Source: Gemmatimonadota bacterium
Lineage (GTDB): Bacteria > Gemmatimonadota > Gemmatimonadetes > Gemmatimonadales > GWC2-71-9
Assembly: GCA_034439775.1 (NCBI GenBank)
Contig: JAWXBA010000153.1
Span: forward strand, 6,269 to 70,268
Length of the DNA: 64,000 nt
Direction: 5' to 3'
Shown here: one piece after another, positions 1-8,999 of the stretch
How positions within the stretch are numbered: the first letter of the stretch is position 1
Layout of the letters: every line of letters begins with the position of its first letter
Notes under the pieces: model-generated
Databases searched by the model: none
What the model saw: the letters and a program-made list of their open reading frames with translations, nothing else
Told to the model about the DNA's origin: nothing
Made by a program: the position numbers and the translations under genes

Positions 1-1101
1 GTCGATGCCGCCCTGACGGCCTACCACAAGGTGGTCCGCGAAAAACTGGCCGGCATCAAGCCCAATGAGGAGGAGCCGATCATCGGGAACCCGATCGGCC
101 GGGCCGCGCTGCTGGAGGACCTCCGGTCGGAGATGATCCCCTACACCCCGGAGGAGTTGATCGCCATCGGGGAGCGGGAGTTTGCCGTCCTCGAGGCGGA
201 GATGCTCAAGGCCTCCCGCGAGCTCGGCTTCGGCGACGACTGGAAGGCCGCGCTGGAGCAGGTCAAGACCTTGCACGTCGCGCCAGGTGAACAGACCGAA
301 GTCGTGCGTGCGCTGGCCTTTGAGGCCATCGACTTCATCGAAAGCAGGAACCTCGTCACCATCCCACCGCTGGCCCGGGACGACTGGCGGATCGAGATGC
401 TATCGCCGGAGGCCCAGAAACTGTCGCCGTTCTTCCTGGGGGGGGACATCATCCAGGTGGCGTTCCCGACCGACAGCATGGCCCACGAAGACAAGCTGAT
501 GAGCATGCGGGGCAACAACATCCATTTCAGCCGCGCCACGGTGCACCACGAGTTGATCCCGGGCCACCACCTCCAGGGATACATGACCGCCCGGTACAAC
601 CCCCATCGGCGCGCGTTCAGCACCCCGTTCTGGACCGAGGGATGGGCGCTCTGGTGGGAGATGCTGCTCTGGGACCAGGGGTTCCCGCGAGGGCCGGAGG
701 ACCGGATCGGGATGCTGTTCTGGCGAATGCACCGAGCGGCCAGGATCATCTTTTCGCTCAAGTTCCATCTGGGGGAGTGGACCCCCCAGCAGTCGATCGA
801 CTTCCTGGTGGACCGGGTGGGGCACGAACGGGCCAACGCGACCGCCGAGGTGCGCCGGAGCTTCCTGGGGACCTATTCGCCCCTGTACCAGGTGGCCTAC
901 ATGATGGGCGGGCTGCAGTTCCGGGCCTTGCACGAGGAACTGGTGGATTCGGGACGGATGACCGATCAAGCATTCCACGACCAGATTCTGAAGGGTGGGG
1001 GGATGCCGGTCGAGATGGTCCGGGCGATGCTGCTGGGCACGCCGCTGACCCGGGACTACCAGGCCCAGTGGCGGTACCTGGGGGATCCGCTCGGAAGGTA
1101 G
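1..1101 (+). CDS. DUF885-family protein (metallopeptidase-like), 5' end cut by window edge
   Basis: Frame is open from nt 1 (ORF track starts at GTG 31). HHELIPGHH (HExxxGH-like) motif and W/F-rich C-terminal half typical of DUF885. Stop TAG 1099-1101. Confidence 0.7.
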   Translation, partial: VDAALTAYHKVVREKLAGIKPNEEEPIIGNPIGRAALLEDLRSEMIPYTPEELIAIGEREFAVLEAEMLKASRELGFGDDWKAALEQVKTLHVAPGEQTEVVRALAFEAIDFIESRNLVTIPPLARDDWRIEMLSPEAQKLSPFFLGGDIIQVAFPTDSMAHEDKLMSMRGNNIHFSRATVHHELIPGHHLQGYMTARYNPHRRAFSTPFWTEGWALWWEMLLWDQGFPRGPEDRIGMLFWRMHRAARIIFSLKFHLGEWTPQQSIDFLVDRVGHERANATAEVRRSFLGTYSPLYQVAYMMGGLQFRALHEELVDSGRMTDQAFHDQILKGGGMPVEMVRAMLLGTPLTRDYQAQWRYLGDPLGR

Positions 1102-1205
1102 GTGAGATGTCCCATGAGGTAGCGGAGGATCCCCCTCGAAACGACTTGAGGGGCCAGAAGCGCACCATACGGAACGCGTTGTCCGGTACCTGGAGGCGCG
1201 ATGGA

Positions 1206-1246
1206 GGGGGATCTCGAAGGGTGGAGATCTCCCCGGACTGTTTTTT
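1206..1246 (+). terminator. Rho-independent terminator candidate for the DUF885 gene
   Basis: GGGGGATCTC (1206-1215) pairs with GAGATCTCCC (1224-1233, one G-U pair). 8-nt loop, then TTTTTT at 1241-1246. Confidence 0.5.
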
Positions 1247-1327
1247 CTGGGTCACAGTCTTAGTACGTATAAGATGTATTATGTTAAGTTGTTAGGTGGA
1301 TAAGTGTGGGAAACCCGCCTTCCCGGT

Positions 1328-1367
1328 GGGAAACTCAAAGGCGCGAGGCACCAAACGGCCTCGCGCC
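1328..1367 (-). terminator. Rho-independent terminator candidate for dapF
   Basis: Perfect 10-bp stem GGCGCGAGGC (1340-1349) / GCCTCGCGCC (1358-1367) with 8-nt loop. On the minus strand it is followed by TTTGAGTTT. About 34 nt downstream of the dapF stop. Confidence 0.55.
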
Positions 1368-1400
1368 AGCTGATTTCTTTGCCTCCCCACCCCTTGCTGC

Positions 1401-2222
1401 TCAGAGGAGAGTTCCTGAATACACCAATCGGCCCTCTCCGCAGAGCCAGACCTCCTGGCACTGGACCCCCTCGATCCGCCCGGCCACGGAGAGCAGCGAT
1501 CCACTGCTGGTTTGCACCTGGAGCGGCAGCTCGGCCAGTCCAGACGAAGCGATGGCAAAAGACGAGCAAATTGTTCCCGTACCGCAGGCCCAGGTCTCGC
1601 CCTCCACGCCGCGCTCGTAAGTCCGGATACCCCAGGCTACCCCGTCCGGGCCTTCGATCCGCCCAACGAAGTTGACGTTGGTCCCGGCCGGGGTAAATCT
1701 CGGGTCGAATCGGAGCTGACGTCCCCTGGCGTCCACATCCACCGCGGCGAGGTCCCGGACCAGGACGGTCAGGTGCGGCACCCCGATGTCCCCGATCCAC
1801 GCCTGTCCGGCTTCCCCCGGGGCAAAATCCAGGGTGACCGGCGGTGGGACAGGAAAGGCCGGGAACTTGAGCTCGGCCATGCTCCCCTCACCAACGCAGC
1901 GGGTCTGGAGGTCGCCGGCGTCGGTCCGAAGCACCATGCCGCCCGCCTCGGCCATCCCGAGCCTGGCCGCGAGCCTGGTGGCACAGAGCGAACCATTCCC
2001 GCAGAGGGCAGCCCGACCCCCGTCGGCGTTGAAGTAGTGCATCACCACCGTTCCAGCCTCGGCCGGTTCCAGGATGATGAAGCCATCGGCCCCCACCCCG
2101 AAGCGTCGGTGACAGGCCGCGGCTATCCGCTCCGCCGACCAGTCCGCGGCAGGAGTGACCCGGCCGTCGACGAAGACAAAGTCGTTTCCCGATCCGGTCA
2201 TCTTGAAAAACTCGGTGGCCAT
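1401..2222 (-). CDS. dapF: Diaminopimelate epimerase
   Basis: FFKMTGSGNDFVFVD N-terminus and both catalytic Cys motifs (CGNGSLC, ACGTGTICS). ATG 2222 overlaps the upstream stop as ATGA; the ORF-track start at 2258 is probably an extension. Confidence 0.9.
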   Translation of the reverse strand: MATEFFKMTGSGNDFVFVDGRVTPAADWSAERIAAACHRRFGVGADGFIILEPAEAGTVVMHYFNADGGRAALCGNGSLCATRLAARLGMAEAGGMVLRTDAGDLQTRCVGEGSMAELKFPAFPVPPPVTLDFAPGEAGQAWIGDIGVPHLTVLVRDLAAVDVDARGRQLRFDPRFTPAGTNVNFVGRIEGPDGVAWGIRTYERGVEGETWACGTGTICSSFAIASSGLAELPLQVQTSSGSLLSVAGRIEGVQCQEVWLCGEGRLVYSGTLL

Positions 2223-2950
2223 CACAGCCTTCCCAGGAGCTGGCGAATCCGGAGCCACCAGACCCGCCAGACCGCCTCACGGACGATCTTCTTGGTCATC
2301 TTGCTCTGCCCTGCCACCCGGTCGGTAAAGACGATCGGCACCTCCGCGAGGGAGAAGCCGAGCTTGTAGGCCCGGAAGCTCATCTCGATCTGGAACACGT
2401 AGCCGTCGGACTTGACCCGATCCAGCGGGATGCGTTCCAGCACCCGTCGATGAAAGCATTTGAACCCGCCGGTCGCGTCGGTCAGGGGCAGCCCGGTGAT
2501 CCACCGGACGTAGGTATTGGCCCCGTAGGAGAGCAAGAGTCGGGACATCGGCCAGTTAATGACGTTCACCCCCGTCTTGTACCGGGACCCCAGCGCGACG
2601 TCGCTGGTCTCGGTGGCCCGGATCAGGTCGAGGAGATACTTGGGGTCGTGGGAGCGGTCGGCATCCATTTCGAAGATCCGCGAATAGTCCCATTCCAGTG
2701 CCCAGCGGAAACCGGCCACATACGCCCGGCCGAGCCCCTGCTTCTCGGGGCGATGGAGGACATGGACCCGGCCCGGATGTTCCAGGGCGAGTGCATCGGC
2801 GATCCTGCCGGTGCCATCTGGTGAGTTGTCGTCCACCACGAGCACCGCCAGGCGCGGATCCTGCTCGAGTATCTGTGGGACGATCTCCGGCAAGTTGCGG
2901 CTTTCGTTATAAGTCGGCAGGACGACCAGAAACCTCTCAGCCACCGACAT
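2222..2950 (-). CDS. GT2 polyprenol-phosphate mannosyl/glycosyltransferase (Ppm1/DPM1-like)
   Basis: VVLPTYNESRNL...VVDDNSPDGT...RPEKQGLGRAY motifs of DPM1-like GT2 enzymes. Start taken at MSVAERF (2950); ORF-track start is 2983. Confidence 0.8.
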   Translation of the reverse strand: MSVAERFLVVLPTYNESRNLPEIVPQILEQDPRLAVLVVDDNSPDGTGRIADALALEHPGRVHVLHRPEKQGLGRAYVAGFRWALEWDYSRIFEMDADRSHDPKYLLDLIRATETSDVALGSRYKTGVNVINWPMSRLLLSYGANTYVRWITGLPLTDATGGFKCFHRRVLERIPLDRVKSDGYVFQIEMSFRAYKLGFSLAEVPIVFTDRVAGQSKMTKKIVREAVWRVWWLRIRQLLGRL

Positions 2951-5309
2951 GCTCCCTACGCCGTTCGCGGATCCCGGGCACAATCAGGAGCAGGCACGCC
3001 GCGATGGTAGCCAAGATACTGACCCATTTGAACCGGCTGTGGTGCCGGGAGACGTAGCGGAATTCGGCCTCGCGGGCACCCGGTGGCAACTGGATGCTCA
3101 GGACACTGTTCTGGGCGCGCAGCACCGGCACCGGGTTCCCGTCGACGCTGGCGGTCCAGTCGGGATACCAGTTCTCGGCGGCGACCAGATAGGTCTGGCG
3201 CGAGTCGCTGCCGTCTAGCGCCACGCGAATCCGGCCCGGTTCCCATTCGAGCATCCGGGCCGCCGCTGCGGAAGGCGCGGGAATCGTATCACCGATCGGT
3301 GCCACAGTGGCGGTCGTGGTATCAGACAGGAGCACCACATCGGTCACCGGAAACCGGGGATCGGCGGCGGTGGCAGCCAGATCGGCCTCGGGCAGCTTGA
3401 GCGCCCCGGCCATGACTCGCACGTAGGGCGGCGGCGCGTCGGCCTCGTAGAGGTACCCTTCGCCGCCAAGCATCGTGGGTTCGGGTCCAAGGATCCTGGT
3501 AAACCCGGGAATCTCCTGGGGTTGGTTCAGCACCAGGTAGCGCACCCCGAACAGGTCCCAGAGTCCTGGATTGACCTGGTTGTTCCATTCGTTCTTGCCG
3601 CCGAGGAGATCGTCGAAGGTCCGCAGCTCATTGCCATGGTAGCCCAGCAGCGTCGGGATGCGGTAGGCCATCAGCCAGCTTGGCGGGTAGACGCCAAGTC
3701 CACTGTAGACACCCGCCGGTTGCCAGACGCGGTACGGCAGCGGGGTCTCTTGCATTCGGCGGGTCAGCGCATCGCCGCGGAAACTGATTTCGGCAGGCGG
3801 CTTGTACGATACGAAGAGGCGGTCAATGCTCCAGGCGTCGGCGGTCAACAGGACTGCGGCAACCCCCGCCGCGACGGCGCCCACCAGGCGCCTGGACTGG
3901 GCGGCCCAGAACACCGCTCCAGCAGCCGCACTCACCACAAGGAGGCGCAGGGCGCCGGCGCGGAGCGCGTCGGCGTTGGCCATGGCCGCCGGCAGCCGTT
4001 CTGGGCTGGCCAGCGACTCCGCGACTGCCTGGAGCACCCCCACGACCCCGAGCAGTCCCAGGGCCGCGAGGGCACCTGCGGCGGTCAGGATCCGCCGGCT
4101 GCTGACCTCACCGCGGAGCACCCGATCCAGTCCCAGTCCCGCCATCGTGCAGACCACGAACGCCGGCAGGTAGAACGCCATCCCGGCGGCCCGCACGCTC
4201 TTCATGAACGGCATCACCTCGTACCACACCCGGTAGAACGGGGTGTATGCCGCGAACGCCACCAGCAGGAACAGTCCGCCGATCACGCCGAGTGCGCCGA
4301 GCAGACGGCGCCGCTCGGCGGGTCCCCAGGCCAGGATGGCGAGGATAACCGCGGTGGCCCCGAGGTACTCCGTGTGCATCTTGAATGAGTTCTGGCCCCA
4401 ATAGCCTTGCAGCACCCCGTTGAACTCTGGCAGCACCGTGGTAAAGAGCTCCAGCGGTGGCATCGACCACGAAGTGGCGTATTCCCAGCCGCGGCTCGGG
4501 CCCGCGAGGGCCCGGGGCGACCATGGGATGTATTCATAGAATGGGAACACCTGGACGCCCGATATGAACAGACCCAGGATCACCGCCGCACTCGCCGCTG
4601 CCAGGGCAACCGGCCACCGCACCGCCGGGTGGCGTTCCGGGTGGAGGAAGAGGAGATACAGTGTCCAGAGCCCGGCCGCCACGAAGAGGTAATACATCAT
4701 CTGGAAGTGCGGCGAAATCAGCCCGAGCCCGGACACCAACGCCACGATGCCGTAGCCGCTGGCGCGGTTGTCCCGGATAGCCCGAAGAAGCCCCAGGAAG
4801 ATCAGCGGGGCTAACGCCGTCACCATCATCTTGCCATCATGTCCCGGGCTGACCATCGAAGCCATGATGCCGGTCAGTTCGTAGGCCACCCCCGCCCCGA
4901 GGGCGGCACCCCACACGCCGCCCAGCGCCAGGATGAAACGGTGCATGAACCACCCGGCCAGGACCAGGTGGACGAAGATCTGGAAGTTCATGGCCGTCTG
5001 GACCGGCATGAACCAGCGCAGCATTGCTGTCGGATAGAAGATCTCGCCGTGTCCGGCGGCCACGAAGGGGAGGCCCCCGAAGAGGAACGGGTTCCACTGC
5101 GGCACCGCGCCGGTGCGTTTGAATTCCTCTGCCCCGAACAACCGGAAACCGTAGCCGGCGATAAACTGGTCATCCCCGATCAGGAACTGCCCCGTGAGCA
5201 TCGGCCAGCAGATCGTCAGCGCGGCGGCAATGAACACTGCCCACGCCAGGAGGTTGCCATGCCGGGGCATCCAGGGGGGCGGTGACGTCGGGGAATCAGC
5301 CTGCGGCAC
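2937..5309 (-). CDS. YfhO-family polytopic membrane protein (putative GT-C-type glycosyltransferase)
   Basis: About 790 aa with many TM helices followed by a C-terminal soluble domain. VPQWNPFLFGGLPFVAAGHGEIFYP resembles the YfhO PxWNPxxFxGxP...FYP signature. Confidence 0.65.
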   Translation of the reverse strand: MPQADSPTSPPPWMPRHGNLLAWAVFIAAALTICWPMLTGQFLIGDDQFIAGYGFRLFGAEEFKRTGAVPQWNPFLFGGLPFVAAGHGEIFYPTAMLRWFMPVQTAMNFQIFVHLVLAGWFMHRFILALGGVWGAALGAGVAYELTGIMASMVSPGHDGKMMVTALAPLIFLGLLRAIRDNRASGYGIVALVSGLGLISPHFQMMYYLFVAAGLWTLYLLFLHPERHPAVRWPVALAAASAAVILGLFISGVQVFPFYEYIPWSPRALAGPSRGWEYATSWSMPPLELFTTVLPEFNGVLQGYWGQNSFKMHTEYLGATAVILAILAWGPAERRRLLGALGVIGGLFLLVAFAAYTPFYRVWYEVMPFMKSVRAAGMAFYLPAFVVCTMAGLGLDRVLRGEVSSRRILTAAGALAALGLLGVVGVLQAVAESLASPERLPAAMANADALRAGALRLLVVSAAAGAVFWAAQSRRLVGAVAAGVAAVLLTADAWSIDRLFVSYKPPAEISFRGDALTRRMQETPLPYRVWQPAGVYSGLGVYPPSWLMAYRIPTLLGYHGNELRTFDDLLGGKNEWNNQVNPGLWDLFGVRYLVLNQPQEIPGFTRILGPEPTMLGGEGYLYEADAPPPYVRVMAGALKLPEADLAATAADPRFPVTDVVLLSDTTTATVAPIGDTIPAPSAAAARMLEWEPGRIRVALDGSDSRQTYLVAAENWYPDWTASVDGNPVPVLRAQNSVLSIQLPPGAREAEFRYVSRHHSRFKWVSILATIAACLLLIVPGIRERRREHVGG

Positions 5310-6201
5310 GGGACTCGCTCCGGATCCAGGAATAGACGAACGGGGTGGCGGCCAGCAGCTCCGCTACGGTCAAGACGACTCGGGATCCGAGGCTCAGGGC
5401 CAGCGCCGGCCCGGCCCCGAGGTGCGGTGCCAGGACCGCCACCAGGACTCCCTCACGCACCACGATCCCGCCCGGGGCAAAGAGGGCCAGGAGGCCGGCG
5501 GTGTAGGCCAGCGCGAACCCACCGGTAGCCACCCCGAACGCCAGCGGGCCCGGAATGCCCAACCCGAAGCTCAGGGCCCAGAGCGAGGCACCGTAGCCGA
5601 TCCAACCCAGGACGGAGAATCCAACGGCCCCCGCCAATGCCCGGAGCGGCAGCGGGCGAAGCCCTGCAAGGCGGGGCAGCTTGCGGGCGATCCAGTCGAT
5701 CAGGCGGGCCGAAGTGAACACCATGGCCCCGGCTCCCGCCAGCAGCGCTGCCCCGACCAGGCTCCATCCTGAGGCCGCTCGTGGCAGTGTGGCCGCTGCC
5801 ACAGCGATGGCGGTGGCCAGTCCCAGCGCCTGGATGACCACCGCCGCGGCCGACGCGGCCCAGGCGGCAACGCCCTTGCGAGTGGCCAGCACGATCATCC
5901 CGGCGATACTCCAGACCTTTCCGGGCAGATACCTTCCCAGATTGGCCAGGAACCACACCTCGGCCAGTTCCCTTCCGCGCAGCCGTTCGTTCCAGCCGAG
6001 CAATGTTACCCGCCACGACTGGATCAACACCCCGAACGTCAGGACGGCGAGGCCGCCCGAAACGAGCAGCCAGCCGGGTGCAATCACCACCTCCAAATCG
6101 GCCGACTGGAATGACGCCCACTGGTGCCGCAGTGCCCCGCCGACGAACCATCCCAACCCCACCACCAGCAACCCCTGCCCGATCCAGCGGGCCCACTTCA
6201 C
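5296..6201 (-). CDS. Flippase-like membrane protein (LPG-synthase TM / UPF0104 family)
   Basis: C-terminal 301 codons of ORF 5296..7110 are polytopic, with the LGRYLPGKVW and FAPGGIVVREGVL motifs of this family. GTG 6201 overlaps the upstream stop as GTGA. The rest of the 604-aa ORF is out-of-frame overlap with the neighbouring gene. Confidence 0.65.
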   Translation of the reverse strand: MKWARWIGQGLLVVGLGWFVGGALRHQWASFQSADLEVVIAPGWLLVSGGLAVLTFGVLIQSWRVTLLGWNERLRGRELAEVWFLANLGRYLPGKVWSIAGMIVLATRKGVAAWAASAAAVVIQALGLATAIAVAAATLPRAASGWSLVGAALLAGAGAMVFTSARLIDWIARKLPRLAGLRPLPLRALAGAVGFSVLGWIGYGASLWALSFGLGIPGPLAFGVATGGFALAYTAGLLALFAPGGIVVREGVLVAVLAPHLGAGPALALSLGSRVVLTVAELLAATPFVYSWIRSESRAAG

Positions 6202-6812
6202 GTGCGCACAAAGCGGTAGACGATGGAGCGAGCCAGCAGGGACACCATCGGAATCGGCGGGTGCAGGTAGGTGCCGGCGGTGGCCTCCAGCCGGAAGCCG
6301 TTCATCCCTCCCAGCGCCGTCATGGCCTGGCGGGTCCAGCTGTAGATGTGGCCCTGCCGGTCGGGGACTCGGAACAGGTTCCAGATCAGTTCCTTGACAT
6401 GGTACGGATTGGGCACCGACAGGACGAGCACCCCCTCGCTGCGGAGGACCCTGCGGATCTCGGTCAGGGCCGCAAACGGATTGGGAACGTGCTCCAGCAC
6501 CTCGATACAGAACACGAAATCGAAACTGCCATCGGGAAACGGGAGCCCAAGCGACACATCCCGGATGAGGACCCGCTCCGAGGCAAACTCCGGCGCGATA
6601 TCGAGGCCCTGGTACCGAGTGGAGTCGGGCAGCCATTTCGCGAGCCCGCCGTCGCGGGCGCCGATATCGAGCACGGCACACGCCTCCCCCACCCGGGCCA
6701 TCCGGCTGGCGGCCCGGAAACGCATCCGCTCCTCGCCGGAGTCGCGCCAGCGGGCGCGTTCGCGGTAGTAGTCGGTGAGGGTGTCGGTCCCTGGGGTGAT
6801 TCGTGTGCTCAT
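6198..6812 (-). CDS. Class I SAM-dependent methyltransferase
   Basis: VLDIGARDGG (motif I), DFVFCIEVLEHVPNP and LRSEGVLVLSVPN. Start taken at ATG 6812 (MSTRITPG); a TTG at 6881 is the alternative. Confidence 0.8.
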   Translation of the reverse strand: MSTRITPGTDTLTDYYRERARWRDSGEERMRFRAASRMARVGEACAVLDIGARDGGLAKWLPDSTRYQGLDIAPEFASERVLIRDVSLGLPFPDGSFDFVFCIEVLEHVPNPFAALTEIRRVLRSEGVLVLSVPNPYHVKELIWNLFRVPDRQGHIYSWTRQAMTALGGMNGFRLEATAGTYLHPPIPMVSLLARSIVYRFVRT

Positions 6813-6886
6813 GGCTCCGAACGGCGGCGGGTCGGTACGACGACAAGCCTGAAAAATCGCCGATCGAGGGCGGGATGGCAAGGAAT

Positions 6887-8041
6887 TCAGGTTCGCCGTT
6901 CCAGGGCCCGCTGGTACCAGCCGAGGGCTTGCCGGGCGGCGGCGGCCGGTAGGAGGCGGGTGCGAAGGAGATTGCCAGCGTCCAGCGCCGCGGGGCGTGC
7001 GCCAGGATCATCGAGCACCTCGGCCATTGCCTGCGCCAAGCTCGCAGCGGTCGGATCGGCCACCCGGGCCTGAGCTCCCGAGCCGACGACCTCCAGCAAC
7101 CCCCCGCCATCCTGGCACACGACCACTGGGACCCCCGCGATCAGGGCTTCAGCGGCCGCCAAGCCATACCCTTCGGCCAGAGCCGGCAGCACGAACAGGT
7201 CGGCGGACTCCAGCACGGAGGCGACCTGGGCCGGCGGGAGTGGCCCGGTGAACCGGGTCTGGTCGGCAATTCCGAGTCGGGCCGCCAGGTCGCGGAGCGG
7301 CCCGAGCTGCTCGCCGCCACCGACGATCGTAAGTGGCATCGCTCGTCCCTGACGCGCCAGAAGGGCGACCGCCTCGACCAGCAGGTGGAGGCGCTTCTGG
7401 GCCGTCAACCGCGCCACGGATACGATTCCCCTGCCCCCGGAGGTAGGCGCGAGCCCAGCGGCATCGAACGGGAGGCCCTGCACATCCTCGGGCGCAATCG
7501 CGATCCCGGTGGTACGGCGGACGGTGGCCGCCAAGGCCCCGGAGACCGCCGTGACCACCCCGGCCCGCGCCAGCACCCGCCTGCCGAGATACCGCGCCGG
7601 CCCCGAGCGATCGAGCAACTGGCCGTCGGTGCCGTGCAGCGTGACCACCAGCGGCAGTTCCGGTGGCGCGGCGAGCCCCGCCGGGAACCACCAGTGGGCA
7701 TGCACCACGACTGGCCCGGTGGCATCAGCCACCTCGGCCCGGGCGCCTCGTCTGAGGGCAGCGATCATGCCGCCGAGGGCAAGGAACCCGCGGGGGTCGC
7801 GGAGGGCGCTGGTCATCCGTCCGGTGTAGGCCAGGAACTCCCACGCGGCAGGAGCGTACCGAACCCGCCGCACCGCGATCCCGTCCAGCATCGTTCGCCC
7901 ACCCTGCCCCGCATCGGAGGGGGCCACGACGCGGACATCGGCGCCTGCCGCCTGGAGCTCCAGGACGAGCGGATGCAGAAACCCTCCCGGCAGGTCGCCG
8001 GGATGGCGGGGATAGTTGTGGGTCAGGAAGATGACCCGCAC
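6887..8041 (-). CDS. GT4-family (GT-B fold) glycosyltransferase
   Basis: IFLTHNYPRHPGDLPGGF N-terminus and C-terminal EGYGLAAAEALIAGVPVV (E-x7-E region). GTG 8041 lies 4 nt after the upstream stop; the ORF-track ATG 8119 would overlap the upstream gene. Confidence 0.8.
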   Translation of the reverse strand: MRVIFLTHNYPRHPGDLPGGFLHPLVLELQAAGADVRVVAPSDAGQGGRTMLDGIAVRRVRYAPAAWEFLAYTGRMTSALRDPRGFLALGGMIAALRRGARAEVADATGPVVVHAHWWFPAGLAAPPELPLVVTLHGTDGQLLDRSGPARYLGRRVLARAGVVTAVSGALAATVRRTTGIAIAPEDVQGLPFDAAGLAPTSGGRGIVSVARLTAQKRLHLLVEAVALLARQGRAMPLTIVGGGEQLGPLRDLAARLGIADQTRFTGPLPPAQVASVLESADLFVLPALAEGYGLAAAEALIAGVPVVVCQDGGGLLEVVGSGAQARVADPTAASLAQAMAEVLDDPGARPAALDAGNLLRTRLLPAAAARQALGWYQRALERRT

Positions 8042-8045
8042 CGGG

Positions 8046-8999
8046 TCAGTCCTGGCCGGGCGGGGTGAGGCGCTGGACCTGGCGATCGAGCTCGCGTTGT
8101 TCCTCCCGGAGGCCGGCAATCATTTCACCAACAAAGCCAAAGCCGAAGAGCAGGGTGCCGGTGATGACCATGGTCTCGATCAGGTTCAGGAGGGGCCGGA
8201 ACCCGACGCCAAACCCAAACCGGATGACGAGGGCCGCGATCCCCGCCAGCAACCCGATGGCAAAGAGGATCGCGCCAGAGAGCCCGAAAAAGAGCATCGG
8301 CTTCCTGCCAAACCGGAGCAGGAACCAGACCGACAACAGGTCCAGCGCGCCGACCGGGATCCGCCGCCAATTGAACTTGGAGGTCCCCGCCACCCGCGGG
8401 TAGAGCGGGACCGGGACCGAGGCCAGCCGGAACCCGTCGGTGGCCGCGATGACCACCATGTATCGATGCCAGTCGGGGCGCAGGCGCATCCCGTCCAGCA
8501 CCTCGCGCCGCCATGCTTTGACCGAATTGAGGTCCTCTACCCGGACTCCGAACAACCAGCGACTGAGACGGTTGTAGATCCCGGACACGAACGCCTTGTC
8601 GTACTTGCCCTGCTTGCTGCCGGTGACGAGGTCCGCGTGACCGTCAAGAATTGGCTGGATCAGCCTTGGGATATCCTCCGGGCGGTACTGGAGGTCGGCC
8701 GGGTAGAACACGCAGATTTCGCCGCGAGCCACATCGGTGGCGCTGCGCAGCGCGTCGGCGATGCCGCGCTGCCGCCGATGGGTCACGACCCTGAGAAACG
8801 GGTAGCGGCCGCCCAACCCGGCCAGGACCTCGGCGCTGTCATCGGTGGAGCCATCGTTGACGATGACCACCTCGAACAGAACGCCGGTTGGCTCCAGGGC
8901 GCGTTCGCACTGGGCCAGGAGCTCCGGCAGGTTGGGGGCCTCGTCCTTGGCCGGCACCAGGACGCTGAGTCGCACCGGGTCGCGCGGCAGCGGGTTCAT
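8046..8999 (-). CDS. GT2 polyprenyl-phosphate glycosyltransferase with C-terminal TM pair (GtrB/CsbB/ArnC-like)
   Basis: LSVLVPAKDEAPNL...VIVNDGSTDDS GT2 core plus two C-terminal TM helices. ATG 8999 overlaps the rpoN stop (ATGA). Confidence 0.8.
   Translation of the reverse strand: MNPLPRDPVRLSVLVPAKDEAPNLPELLAQCERALEPTGVLFEVVIVNDGSTDDSAEVLAGLGGRYPFLRVVTHRRQRGIADALRSATDVARGEICVFYPADLQYRPEDIPRLIQPILDGHADLVTGSKQGKYDKAFVSGIYNRLSRWLFGVRVEDLNSVKAWRREVLDGMRLRPDWHRYMVVIAATDGFRLASVPVPLYPRVAGTSKFNWRRIPVGALDLLSVWFLLRFGRKPMLFFGLSGAILFAIGLLAGIAALVIRFGFGVGFRPLLNLIETMVITGTLLFGFGFVGEMIAGLREEQRELDRQVQRLTPPGQD

Noticed and set aside
1107-1295. 63-codon plus-strand ORF (MSHEVAEDPP...) right after the DUF885 stop
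   Set aside because: It is the tail of a shadow ORF and runs through the predicted terminator hairpin and the AT-rich spacer. It has an odd Cys/Arg-rich end and no convincing ribosome-binding-site spacing.
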